Shown here: positions 1 through 8,437 of the stretch, piece after piece
How positions within the stretch are numbered: position 1 is the stretch's first letter
How the letters are laid out: each line of letters begins with the position of its first letter
Origin: Acidobacteriota bacterium
Lineage (GTDB): Bacteria > Acidobacteriota > UBA6911 > JACQSX01
NCBI GenBank assembly: GCA_036507075.1
Contig: DASXQR010000177.1
Location: 1-35,387 of the forward strand
Length of the DNA: 35,387 nucleotides
Reading direction: 5' to 3'
Made by a program: the position numbers and the translations under genes
The notes under the pieces: model-generated
Database searches by the model: none
What the model was told of the DNA's origin: nothing
The model's input: only the letters and a program-made list of their open reading frames with translations

Positions 1-17
1 CGCCTAACCGCACGCTG

Positions 18-899
18 ATGGAATTTCTTCACCCTGTCTCTCCACAGACAATCAAGGTGGCGGTCTTCGATTTTGATGGGACACTCTCGCTGCTGCGGAC
101 CGGTTGGCAGGAGATCATGGTGCATTTGATGTCCCAGGTTCTGTCGACAGGATCATCCTCCCGGGCTGATATCGCGCTGCCGGCCGTGAAGTCCCCTGGC
201 ATGCCACAGGGTATTCAGCGAGATTCGCCGGAGCTGCAGGTCTATTTGCGGGACGTGGTGGACAATTCCACAGGACGGCAAACCATCGATCAGATGCAGC
301 TCCTGGCGCAATTCGAACAGGGCCTTGACCCAGACACGCCGGCGTCAGGCGATGGCCGCCTGTTGGAACGCGCGCTTGAACTCAAAGCGATCTACCTCGG
401 GCGGCTGAAGAATCAGATGGGTTCGCGACTGCAGTCGTTAAGGCTTGGTACTCTGCCTGCGTCGGATTTCCTGGTCTGCGGCGCGGCGGATTTCCTCGGC
501 TGGCTCGCTTCCAAAGGTGTGAAGCTTTGCCTGATCAGCGGAACAGATCAGGAATGCGTCGTGACAGAAGCGGAGCTACTGGGAATCAGGAGGTTTTTTG
601 GCGACATGATTTTTGGCGGCCTTGACGTGGCCGGCGCTTTTACGAAGTATCAGGCGATGCAGCAGGTCATTGTCAGTTGTGCCGCCGATAAATCCCAGGT
701 GTTGACCTTCGGGGATGGAATCATGGATATCCGGAGCGCCAGAGATGCCGGAGTCTTTGCCGTGGGCGTGGCTTCGGATGAAATCAAACGGGCCGGAGTG
801 AACCCGGTGAAACGGAAACAACTGATTGACGCCGGCGCCGAGGCTATCATTGGAGATTACGACAATTTTGAAGACTGGATCGGTAAGATTATGCTCTGA
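18..899 (+). CDS. HAD-superfamily hydrolase (phosphatase)
   Basis: Motif I FDFDGTLS, motif II LISGT, motif IV FGDGIMD. Confidence 0.85.
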   Translation: MEFLHPVSPQTIKVAVFDFDGTLSLLRTGWQEIMVHLMSQVLSTGSSSRADIALPAVKSPGMPQGIQRDSPELQVYLRDVVDNSTGRQTIDQMQLLAQFEQGLDPDTPASGDGRLLERALELKAIYLGRLKNQMGSRLQSLRLGTLPASDFLVCGAADFLGWLASKGVKLCLISGTDQECVVTEAELLGIRRFFGDMIFGGLDVAGAFTKYQAMQQVIVSCAADKSQVLTFGDGIMDIRSARDAGVFAVGVASDEIKRAGVNPVKRKQLIDAGAEAIIGDYDNFEDWIGKIML

Positions 900-915
900 A
901 TGTTTTTCGTCTTCG

Positions 916-970
916 TGTTCTTTGTGCCTTTGTGGTTCAAGAGCGCATCACCACAAAGGCACAAAGAACA
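916..970. repeat. Inverted repeat, ACCACAAAG 9-mer family, arms in outward orientation
   Basis: 916-936 TGTTCTTTGTGCCTTTGTGGT is the exact reverse complement of 950-970; 13-nt loop. Confidence 0.9.
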
Positions 971-991
971 AAGACTTAGGACAAAGCCCAA

Positions 992-1954
992 ATGCCCTTC
1001 CCATCTTTTGACCGATCCAGGCTGAAGCTGAAACCGCTGTCCGAGCGAAGGCATCTGATCGGGTTGGATCACTTCCTGAACTTGAGCGATCCCGTTCCAG
1101 AATTCGAACACCCCGACCTGCCTGAACTGGCACGCAGGGTCGCCCAGGCAAAGCAGCGCGGCTCGCCGGTGATTCTCATGATGGGCGCCCACCTGCTGCG
1201 GGCCGGCGTCTCGCGTTTCATCATTGATCTGATGGAAAAGGGCCTGCTTACGCATATTGCCATGAACGGTGCGGGTCCTATACACGACTTCGAAATGGCG
1301 CTGATCGGAGCTACCACGGAAAGCGTGGCCGATTACATCCGGCAGGGCCAGTTTGGCCTCTGGAAAGAAACAGGCGAACTTAATGAATGGGTTAGAAGCG
1401 GTGCTGCTGAAGGTCTCGGATTTGGAGAAATCGCGGGACGTGGAATTGAACAGCGTCATCTGCCGCACCGGGATCTCAGTATCCTGGCGGCAGGCTTTCG
1501 ATTGCGCATCCCAGTCACCGTGCACATCGGTATTGGCTACGACATCATCCACGAACACGCTTCCTGCGATGGCGCTGCCGTGGGAAGGAGTTCCTATCAG
1601 GATTTCCTGATTTTTGCCCAGACAGTCACGCGCCTGGAAGGAGGAGTTTTGATGAATTTCGGCTCTTCGGTGATGGGTCCTGAAATTTTTCTCAAGGCCC
1701 TGGCGATGGCGCGAAACGCCGCCCTGCAGGGGGAAGATCACGTCACTCACTTCACGACCGCGGTATTCGATCTGTTTCCGCTTGCCGGCGATTTGAGCCG
1801 CGAAGCTTCACGGGACACTCATCAGTACTACTTCCGGCCTTTCAAAACACTTCTGGTACGCGCGGTTTCCGAAGGCAAGAGTTTTTATTTCCAGGGTGAC
1901 CACCGCGCCACTTTCCCAAACCTGCACCGGCTCATCCTGCGGGAGGTCCATTAG
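992..1954 (+). CDS. Conserved hypothetical protein, deoxyhypusine-synthase-like fold
   Basis: 320 aa with motifs MMGAHLLRAG, AMNGAGPIHDFE, PVTVHIGIGYDIIH and NFGSSVMGPEIFLKAL; family recognised from memory. Confidence 0.6.
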   Translation: MPFPSFDRSRLKLKPLSERRHLIGLDHFLNLSDPVPEFEHPDLPELARRVAQAKQRGSPVILMMGAHLLRAGVSRFIIDLMEKGLLTHIAMNGAGPIHDFEMALIGATTESVADYIRQGQFGLWKETGELNEWVRSGAAEGLGFGEIAGRGIEQRHLPHRDLSILAAGFRLRIPVTVHIGIGYDIIHEHASCDGAAVGRSSYQDFLIFAQTVTRLEGGVLMNFGSSVMGPEIFLKALAMARNAALQGEDHVTHFTTAVFDLFPLAGDLSREASRDTHQYYFRPFKTLLVRAVSEGKSFYFQGDHRATFPNLHRLILREVH

Positions 1955-1966
1955 TGAGGCCGGATG

Positions 1967-2180
1967 GTAGGGGCGATCTGGTATGGCCGCCATTTTCTGG
2001 TGTAGAGACGCGGCATACCGCGTCGGAGCTCTGCCGCGGCATGCCGCGGCGCAACGTTTGTAATGTCCAAACTGCGGGGCGCGGGCTCCCCTGGGCAGGC
2101 GCTGCTTTGCAGCCTTTCGTGGCCGCCCTGTGTTCGCCGCTAAATCACCCAAACGGGCGGCCATGTTAGGCCACGCCTGC
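1967..2180. repeat. Cluster of GTAG-type REP-like palindromes
   Basis: GTAGGGGCGATCTGGTATGGCCGCC (1967), GTAGAGACGCGGCATACCGCGTC (2002), perfect palindrome GCCGCGGCATGCCGCGGC (2033-2050), and an inverted arm related to the first unit at 2155-2180. Confidence 0.7.
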
Positions 2181-2188
2181 GATTAATA

Positions 2189-3190
2189 ATGACCCGGTCG
2201 CGACTGCACCAGTTGCTTCGATCCATCCAGGGGAGGCGAATCCTTGTCATAGGCGATTTTTTTCTCGACAAGTATCTGGTGATCGATCCACGCCTCGAGG
2301 AGATCTCGCTGGAAACCGGCAAGGCGGCGCATCAGGTGGTCTCAGTCCGCAACCGTCCCGGAGGCGCCGGGACTGTAACTTCCAATCTCGCCGCGCTGGG
2401 CGCCCGCCCGGTTGCCCTTGGTATGGTCGGCCTGGATGGGGAGGGCTGGGAATTGCTGCGAGGTTTGCGGGAGGAGGGGGTGGACGTCGATCTCATGATT
2501 CAGAGCCGGGAGCATCAAACCGGGACCTACATGAAACCGATGCGGCTCCGTCGAAAGATCGAAACTGAAACGGAGCGGCTGGACCTGCGGCGTCGCTCAG
2601 CCCTGCCGCGCCGGAACCTCCTGGAGATCGTGCGCCGGATGCGGGACGCAGTTCAGACAGTGGACGCAATAATCGTCGTCGACGCAGTGCCGGAGGATTT
2701 TGGTGTTGTCGGAGAGCCGGTCCGAAAAGAGCTGGCGCGTCTTGGGCGGCATCGGTTGATTTTGGCGGATTCTCGCCGCAGAACAGGAGAATTTCGTAAC
2801 CTGATTTTGAAACCCAACGCGCAGGAGGCGCGGATTGCAGCCGGCGCGCGCAATCCCCAAAAAATTTCCAAACAGTGGGCGTTTGCCACAATGCAGGCTC
2901 TGTATCGACGCTCGCGCAAGCCGCTTTTTATGACTGCCGAAGCTGAAGGGATTTTCGTTTATGACGGACGGGCATTGAATCGTGTTCCTGCTCTTCCGGA
3001 GCGCGGCCCGATTGATGTCGTGGGTGCAGGCGACTGTGTGGCGTCGGCTCTGGGCAGTTCCCTGGCTGCCGGAGCAAACTGGATCGAGGCGGCGGAAATC
3101 GCGAACCTGGCGGCCTCCGTCACGATCCACAAGCTGGGCACCACCGGCACGGCTTCACCACGCGAGATCTTGCAATTGAAAGGCACTTGA
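2189..3190 (+). CDS. PfkB-family kinase resembling the RfaE/HldE heptose-7-phosphate kinase domain
   Basis: ILVIGDFFLDKY, PGGAGTVTSNL, KPNAQEA, DVVGAGD and C-terminal ANLAASVTIHKLGTTGT. Confidence 0.8.
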   Translation: MTRSRLHQLLRSIQGRRILVIGDFFLDKYLVIDPRLEEISLETGKAAHQVVSVRNRPGGAGTVTSNLAALGARPVALGMVGLDGEGWELLRGLREEGVDVDLMIQSREHQTGTYMKPMRLRRKIETETERLDLRRRSALPRRNLLEIVRRMRDAVQTVDAIIVVDAVPEDFGVVGEPVRKELARLGRHRLILADSRRRTGEFRNLILKPNAQEARIAAGARNPQKISKQWAFATMQALYRRSRKPLFMTAEAEGIFVYDGRALNRVPALPERGPIDVVGAGDCVASALGSSLAAGANWIEAAEIANLAASVTIHKLGTTGTASPREILQLKGT

Positions 3191-3269
3191 CCCTGAGCGA
3201 CCACGTTTGTCGGTCAGGCTCCGGTACCGTTGGGTGCCAGGAACCTACTAAAGCCAGGCGTTGACATGC

Positions 3270-3303
3270 CCGTGGTTGTTGACGTGGCCGTGCACGTAGA
3301 CGG
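3270..3303. repeat. Arm of an ACGGCCACGTCA low-complexity repeat
   Basis: GTGGTTGTTGACGTGGCCGTGCACGTAGACGG; 3280-3291 is the reverse complement of the 12-mer at 14380 and 14863. Confidence 0.5.
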
Positions 3304-3322
3304 TTTTTTCGCTTTCCGGCGG

Positions 3323-4243
3323 CTAATTCTTTCCTTCCTTCAGCCGCTGGCGGGCGTAGGCGGCGGCCCCCTGACACACGGCGCTTTCACCCAGTTTCGA
3401 AATGACGATCTGCGCACGGTTCTTGAAAGGAGCAAATACGTATCGCCGGACGTGATAGCGGACCAGCTCGGCCAGCGGTTCGCCCGCGGTGGAGATTCCC
3501 CCACCGAGGACAATTACATCGGGGTTGAAGAGCGTCGACACCATAGCGATTCCCTGGCCCAGGCGCCAGCAGAACTCTTCCATCAGGGTTACTGCCACCG
3601 GATTGTGCTTGACGAATTCCTGAATCACGGATTGCGCATCGGGGAAAAGGTCTCCGTACAATTGCCGCGCGCGCCGGGCAATGGCGGGACCCGAGCAGAA
3701 GGCCTCCAGGCAACCGTAGTTTCCACAGGCGCAGGCGGGCCCGTTTGAGTCCAGCACCAGATGGCCGATCTCGGCCTCCCCCTGCTCGCCCAATTGCAGA
3801 ATGCGTCCCTGATGCGCGACCCCACCGCCACAGCCTGTGCCCAGTGTCATGTAAAAGACGGTGCGGGCAGCGCGGCCGGCACCATAGAGCGCCTCTCCCA
3901 ATGCGGCCGCATTGCAATCGTTTTCCACAAAAACAGGAACGCTAAAGTGGCGTTGCAGCGTCGCGGACAGATCCACGTCTTCCCATCCCGTTTCGCTGTA
4001 GGATCGGACCGGACGACCAGTGACTCGTGAAACAGGTCCACCAAAACCATAACCCACCACTTCGATTGACGCCTTAACTTCTTCCTGCAGCTCGCTGCCG
4101 AGCGCGCACAGTTCTTTCAACGTCTCAGAAGCCGTCTGCTCCGGTCTTCTCAGCGTTTTTTTGATCTGGAAAAGTTTCCCGGAATCATCGGCAATCCCGG
4201 CCATCAGCTTGGTGCCGCCCGATTCGAACGCCAGGATAGCCAT
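3323..4243 (-). CDS. ROK-family sugar kinase
   Basis: ESGGTK, VENDCNAAALGE, TLGTGCGGG and zinc motif EIGH...CACGNYGCLE; no N-terminal HTH. Confidence 0.9.
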   Translation of the reverse strand: MAILAFESGGTKLMAGIADDSGKLFQIKKTLRRPEQTASETLKELCALGSELQEEVKASIEVVGYGFGGPVSRVTGRPVRSYSETGWEDVDLSATLQRHFSVPVFVENDCNAAALGEALYGAGRAARTVFYMTLGTGCGGGVAHQGRILQLGEQGEAEIGHLVLDSNGPACACGNYGCLEAFCSGPAIARRARQLYGDLFPDAQSVIQEFVKHNPVAVTLMEEFCWRLGQGIAMVSTLFNPDVIVLGGGISTAGEPLAELVRYHVRRYVFAPFKNRAQIVISKLGESAVCQGAAAYARQRLKEGKN

Positions 4244-4333
4244 AGAAACGGGATTGTATGCAGTACGGCGTCGTTCGCAAACCCAAAATACCGCGGCCGA
4301 TTCAAAACCGGAATTGTGGTAGCTTAGTGGATC

Positions 4334-4897
4334 ATGTCAGCCTCTGATTATTTGACCAATTTCAGACAGGCAACACTGGAGACCATCCGGAAGATTGACG
4401 AGCGTCGCGTCGCCGAAATAATCGAGATCCTGAACGAGGCGCGCCTGGCATACAAACATATATTTGTTATCGGCAACGGCGGAAGCGCAGCCACGGCAAC
4501 TCACTTCGCCAATGACCTGGGAAAGGGCGCCGCGCGGCTCCAGCCCCGATTTCGAGTGCTCTCGCTGACAGACAACATGGCGTGGATTACCGCCGTGGCC
4601 AACGATCTTGACTATTCACAGATCTTCGTGGAGCAGTTGAAGAATTACGCGCAGACCGGCGACGTAATCATGGCTTTCAGCGGAAGCGGAAACTCCCCCA
4701 ATGTTATCCAGGCCCTGGAGTGGGGTCGGGTTCACGGATGCAAATGCATCGGCGTGACTGGCCGGCCCGGAGGACAATTGCCTCAGGTCTGTGATCTGAC
4801 ACTGTTCATCGAATCGTCACACATGGGTCACATCGAAGAAGGCCACTTCGTCCTGCAGCACATGGTGGGCTATTTCTTCATGGAACAGGGTGATTAG
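4334..4897 (+). CDS. gmhA: SIS-domain phosphosugar isomerase, GmhA-like
   Basis: GNGGSAATATHFANDL, TAVAND, SGSGNSPNV and IEEGH. Confidence 0.7.
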   Translation: MSASDYLTNFRQATLETIRKIDERRVAEIIEILNEARLAYKHIFVIGNGGSAATATHFANDLGKGAARLQPRFRVLSLTDNMAWITAVANDLDYSQIFVEQLKNYAQTGDVIMAFSGSGNSPNVIQALEWGRVHGCKCIGVTGRPGGQLPQVCDLTLFIESSHMGHIEEGHFVLQHMVGYFFMEQGD

Positions 4898-4950
4898 CCT
4901 CCGGACATCCAGGCTGGTACCTGATTGCGTAAATTCGCGTAAGAATCTTT

Positions 4951-4978
4951 TCACCACAAAGACACAAAGGACACAAAG
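4951..4978 (+). repeat. Solo arm of the ACCACAAAG family
   Basis: TCACCACAAAGACACAAAGGACACAAAG; first 20 nt identical to 12451-12470. Confidence 0.85.
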
Positions 4979-5145
4979 CGGGACGAGGGGCGGCAAGCAA
5001 TTGACACTAATTCGGGAATATGACAACCTTCGCTCACTGCACGTCCTGGAAGTGAGCACGATGCCGGCCTCGAATCGAAATGACGAATGCCACCAGTAGA
5101 GCGCCGGCCCGCTGAAAACGTAATCAATCTCGGAGGGAATTGAGC

Positions 5146-6387
5146 ATGAACAGGCGGAGACTCTTTGTTGCAAGCTGTATTTCGCTGCTGACTACTTCAA
5201 TGGTGTTTGCGATCCGCGGCGACATCGAAGCGGCTTTGAGTCAGGCTTTTTTCCTGACCAAGGAGCAGATGGGTTACATATGGGGACCCGCTTTCTGGGG
5301 ATTTACCATTTCGATTTTCCTGAGCGGCGTGCTGGTTGATGTCCTCGGAATGCGTAGTTTGCTCTCCCTGTCGAGCATCGGATACATCGGAGGGATCCTT
5401 CTGGTGCTTCTTGCGCCCAGGCCGACCGGTCCGGTCGACTCCATTTTCTCGACAAGCGGAACGCTGCTCCTCTATGCCGGTTTCCTGGCAATGGGACTGT
5501 CTCAGGGATTGGTGGAGGGAGTGATCAACCCTCTGATTGCGACCATCTATAGCGATCAGAAGACGCACAAGTTGAATGTACTGCACGCCTGGTGGCCGGG
5601 TGGTCTGGTGATCGGAGGACTTACTGCCGTCACGCTGACCAGGTTCGATGTACGTTGGCAGGTTAAGCTTGCGACTATCCTAGTCCCCGCCATTGTGTAC
5701 CTGCTGCTCATCGTGGGGCAGGAATTTCCCAAGACTGAGCGCGTGGCTTCGAACGTCCCAACCGGGGAAATGTTTCGTGAAGTCTTTCGCCCGATGTTTC
5801 TGCTGCTGTTTGTTTGCATGTGGATGACGGCGGCTACCGAACTCGGACCCGACCAGTGGTTTCCGTCTGTGATGAAGGAAATCACGGGTCTTCAGGGGGT
5901 GCTCTTTCTTGTCTACACTGCCGGCTTGATGTTCGTGCTCCGTTTCTTTGCCGGTCCGATCGCGCACCGGTTCTCGCCGGTGGGCCTGTTGGCGATCTGT
6001 TCGGCCCTGGCCGCGGCGGGTTTGTACTGGCTTGGTGGTATGAAGCCCGGAACGCCGGCTATTATTGCTTTCGCAGCGGCTACGCTATTTGGCGTAGGAA
6101 AGACCTACTTCTGGCCCACCATGCTGGGCATTACGTCAGAACTCTTCCCAAAGGGCGGGGCTCTCCTGCTCAGTCTGATGGGGGGGGCCGGAATGCTGTC
6201 GATTGCGATTGTTTTGCCGATCATGGGGCAGGCTTTCGACAAGGAGGGACCGGGATCCGCTCTTCGCTACGTATCGGTGCTTCCTGTTATCCTGACTATT
6301 ATCTTCGGGGGGCTGTATTTTTATTACCGGGCAAAAGGCGGCTACAAAGTTGCCCGTCTTGATGTGGGAGGCGCGGGCGCGCGCTAG
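5146..6387 (+). CDS. MFS transporter
   Basis: About 12 hydrophobic segments, motif A-like GVLVDVLGMR; ATG at 5146 follows GGAGGG. Confidence 0.88.
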   Translation: MNRRRLFVASCISLLTTSMVFAIRGDIEAALSQAFFLTKEQMGYIWGPAFWGFTISIFLSGVLVDVLGMRSLLSLSSIGYIGGILLVLLAPRPTGPVDSIFSTSGTLLLYAGFLAMGLSQGLVEGVINPLIATIYSDQKTHKLNVLHAWWPGGLVIGGLTAVTLTRFDVRWQVKLATILVPAIVYLLLIVGQEFPKTERVASNVPTGEMFREVFRPMFLLLFVCMWMTAATELGPDQWFPSVMKEITGLQGVLFLVYTAGLMFVLRFFAGPIAHRFSPVGLLAICSALAAAGLYWLGGMKPGTPAIIAFAAATLFGVGKTYFWPTMLGITSELFPKGGALLLSLMGGAGMLSIAIVLPIMGQAFDKEGPGSALRYVSVLPVILTIIFGGLYFYYRAKGGYKVARLDVGGAGAR

Positions 6388-6407
6388 TGTACTGTGATTC
6401 GGTACCA

Positions 6408-6475
6408 GGAGAGACGGCCCGCGGGCCGTCTCTTCGACATTTTCAGGCGTAGCGACGCGGCATGCCGCGCCTACG
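6408..6475. repeat. Two adjacent REP-like palindromes
   Basis: Perfect 24-bp palindrome AGAGACGGCCCGCGGGCCGTCTCT (6410-6433, same family as 35302-35372) and CGTAGCGACGCGGCATGCCGCGCCTACG (6448-6475). Confidence 0.8.
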
Positions 6476-7385
6476 TCTAACATCTTTGGATTCCAGGGCG
6501 TTATATTCACGAATCTCTTTGACGACGTCCGCTGTCCTTTTTCGCCTTAAACAGAACCTCGAAGGTTTCCTGCCGCTTTTCAAATATCTGATCCTCCACA
6601 CGGAAACCCACGCATTTTGCGGCTCGCTCGCGTTTTTTGCGCTGCTGGCATTTTACCCCTTCAGCTTCCTGATGCTGACGCTGGCCAGACATGCTGTGCG
6701 ATGGGTATATGCCTATGCGGTCGTGGTAGATGCTCTCATTCATTACTATCCCGCCGGGCAGAATTTCCTCTTGAGGAACCTGGAGAATTCTGTCCGGCTC
6801 TACGGAAGAAAAATGGAGATCTTCTCTGCGGCTTGGCTGCTGCTGGGTGCGGCCGGTTTTTTTATTCCGCTCGAGTCCGCGTTCAACCGCCTCTGGAAGT
6901 TCGAGCGAGACCGCCCTTACTGGAAGAATCAGATCGTGGGCTTTCTGCTGACGACCGTCTGCTTTCTGCTGGCGGTAGTTTTCATTCTTTTGACGGCGCT
7001 GTTGAACTCGGGAGCGCAAAGAATAGTCGGCACGGGATTTATCTATGGCGCATTTCAGTACGGCACTCTGAGAGTGGCCGGCCTTCTGTTTTCTATCGCT
7101 GCCATATTTCTCTTTTACAAATTCCTGCCCAATGGAAGAGTGCGCTCTTCGGACGTATTCCCGGCTGCAATCCTTGCCGGGGCCGCCGCTGAAGTAGTGC
7201 GCTGGGTTTATTTGATGGTCCTTCCGCTGCTGGATCTGGAAAGAATACAGGGTCCTTACTACGTTTCCATCAGTTTTACGCTGCTGGTCTACTTTGAAGC
7301 CTTCGTTCTGTTCGGCGGCGCCTTCCTGGCGACAGACTCAAAAAAATTTCCCTGGATGGGCTTGATATTCAGGAAGAAAGAGTAA
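6462..7385 (+). CDS. YihY/virulence factor BrkB family membrane protein (true start probably later, e.g. TTG at 6519)
   Basis: GSLAFFALLAFYP, LESAFNRLW and LFYKFLPN; the ORF-track ATG lies inside a palindrome. Confidence 0.8.
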   Translation: MPRLRLTSLDSRALYSRISLTTSAVLFRLKQNLEGFLPLFKYLILHTETHAFCGSLAFFALLAFYPFSFLMLTLARHAVRWVYAYAVVVDALIHYYPAGQNFLLRNLENSVRLYGRKMEIFSAAWLLLGAAGFFIPLESAFNRLWKFERDRPYWKNQIVGFLLTTVCFLLAVVFILLTALLNSGAQRIVGTGFIYGAFQYGTLRVAGLLFSIAAIFLFYKFLPNGRVRSSDVFPAAILAGAAAEVVRWVYLMVLPLLDLERIQGPYYVSISFTLLVYFEAFVLFGGAFLATDSKKFPWMGLIFRKKE

Positions 7386-7410
7386 GCGGTCCCCGGCACG
7401 CTCCCTTTCA

Positions 7411-7544
7411 AATGCGGATTTCGGAATGCGGAATGGGTAAACGTTCTCAGCTTGGGAACAGATTCCATCCGCTTTTCGAGTTTGGAAACGACAAAACCGG
7501 CGGTGTTTCCATTATTCCGCATTCCGCATTCCGAAATCCGCATT
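7411..7544. repeat. Palindromic element with GCGGAAT heptamer arms
   Basis: 7411-7435 AATGCGGATTTCGGAATGCGGAATG is the exact reverse complement of 7520-7544; lies between convergent genes. Confidence 0.9.
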
Positions 7545-8240
7545 ACGCAATTGAGGTGAAGCGCCGGCATAATACCGTTCCGTTCTGCCGAGCTTGCCCC
7601 GAAAACTTAGAAAGAAGAAAAGCAGCGCGACAATCACAAATACGCTGAACCGCACGAGAATCAGCTCCAATGGAGGAAGACTGATGCGCGCTCCGAGCCG
7701 CCAGGCCGCCCAGCCCGCCAATTGGGACGGAACCACAGTCCACACCGCTACATAAAACCAGGCTCGCTCGGCACCCTCGTTGGCAGTTAATCGACGGGCG
7801 CGCGGAGTAAAATCGAAGCAGGTCGCCAGCACAATCAAAAGGGCCAACGGATAGTAGAGCCAGCCATACAACTCTCCCAACATCCAGCGACCCGTAAAGA
7901 TCGCAACGACCAGACCAAGAAAGTTCAATGTAAACGGAACCGTCAGATCGATCCATGCAGCCGTGTAGCAGACCGCGCGGTAGAGGAGATTCGGCTGGTC
8001 GTGTCCGAAATGTGTGATGTAGGGAGCGCGTTCCACGCCCGGCAGCCTGCCTGCTGACCCTCTCCAAATGCATACCAGCACCACCAGGGAAAGCCAGGTC
8101 CAGTGCCGCCAGTCGGGACCGTGGACAAACAACCGATAGGTCAGGTGTCCGGGAAGCACAAAAAATACCCAAATCCAGAGCGGCAAATGAAGCACACGAT
8201 AGTAGGTTTTGTTCCTTTCACGCTCGACAATTTGTTTCAT
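7512..8240 (-). CDS. Hypothetical integral membrane protein
   Basis: Start placed at MKQIVERE (8240) because the upstream extension is REP sequence; about 6 TM segments; C-terminus runs into the repeat. Confidence 0.7.
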   Translation of the reverse strand: MKQIVERERNKTYYRVLHLPLWIWVFFVLPGHLTYRLFVHGPDWRHWTWLSLVVLVCIWRGSAGRLPGVERAPYITHFGHDQPNLLYRAVCYTAAWIDLTVPFTLNFLGLVVAIFTGRWMLGELYGWLYYPLALLIVLATCFDFTPRARRLTANEGAERAWFYVAVWTVVPSQLAGWAAWRLGARISLPPLELILVRFSVFVIVALLFFFLSFRGKLGRTERYYAGASPQLRNADFGMRNAE

Positions 8241-8279
8241 GGTCTCTGGCAAAGCTGCGCCTGGCGCGCTTTGCCCCCC

Positions 8280-8399
8280 GTAGAGACACGATAAATCGTG
8301 TCTGAAAAGTGGCGCGATAAATCGCGCCCCGCGCCGCTTTGCGGCGCTCCGGACGCGACATGTCGCGTCCAACTCAGACGCGACATGTCGCGTCTCTAC
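8280..8399. repeat. BIME/REPIN-like array of four GTAG-family palindromes
   Basis: Begins GTAGAGAC and ends GTCTCTAC; units AGACACGATAAATCGTGTCT, GGCGCGATAAATCGCGCC, GGACGCGACATGTCGCGTCC and AGACGCGACATGTCGCGTCT. Confidence 0.85.
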
Positions 8400-8437
8400 G
8401 TTGTGCGGCCTTCCGCTTTCCGCCTTTTGCTTTCAGG

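Noticed and set aside
857..1750. 297-aa minus-strand ORF and other long antisense ORFs (e.g. 9779-10573, 32633-33421)
   Set aside because: Shadows of well-supported genes on the opposite strand with no recognisable motifs.
5001..5110. TTGACA followed by a GCTCACT/AGTGAGC hairpin upstream of the MFS gene, possible promoter or riboswitch
   Set aside because: The -10 match is weak and no riboswitch consensus was recognised.
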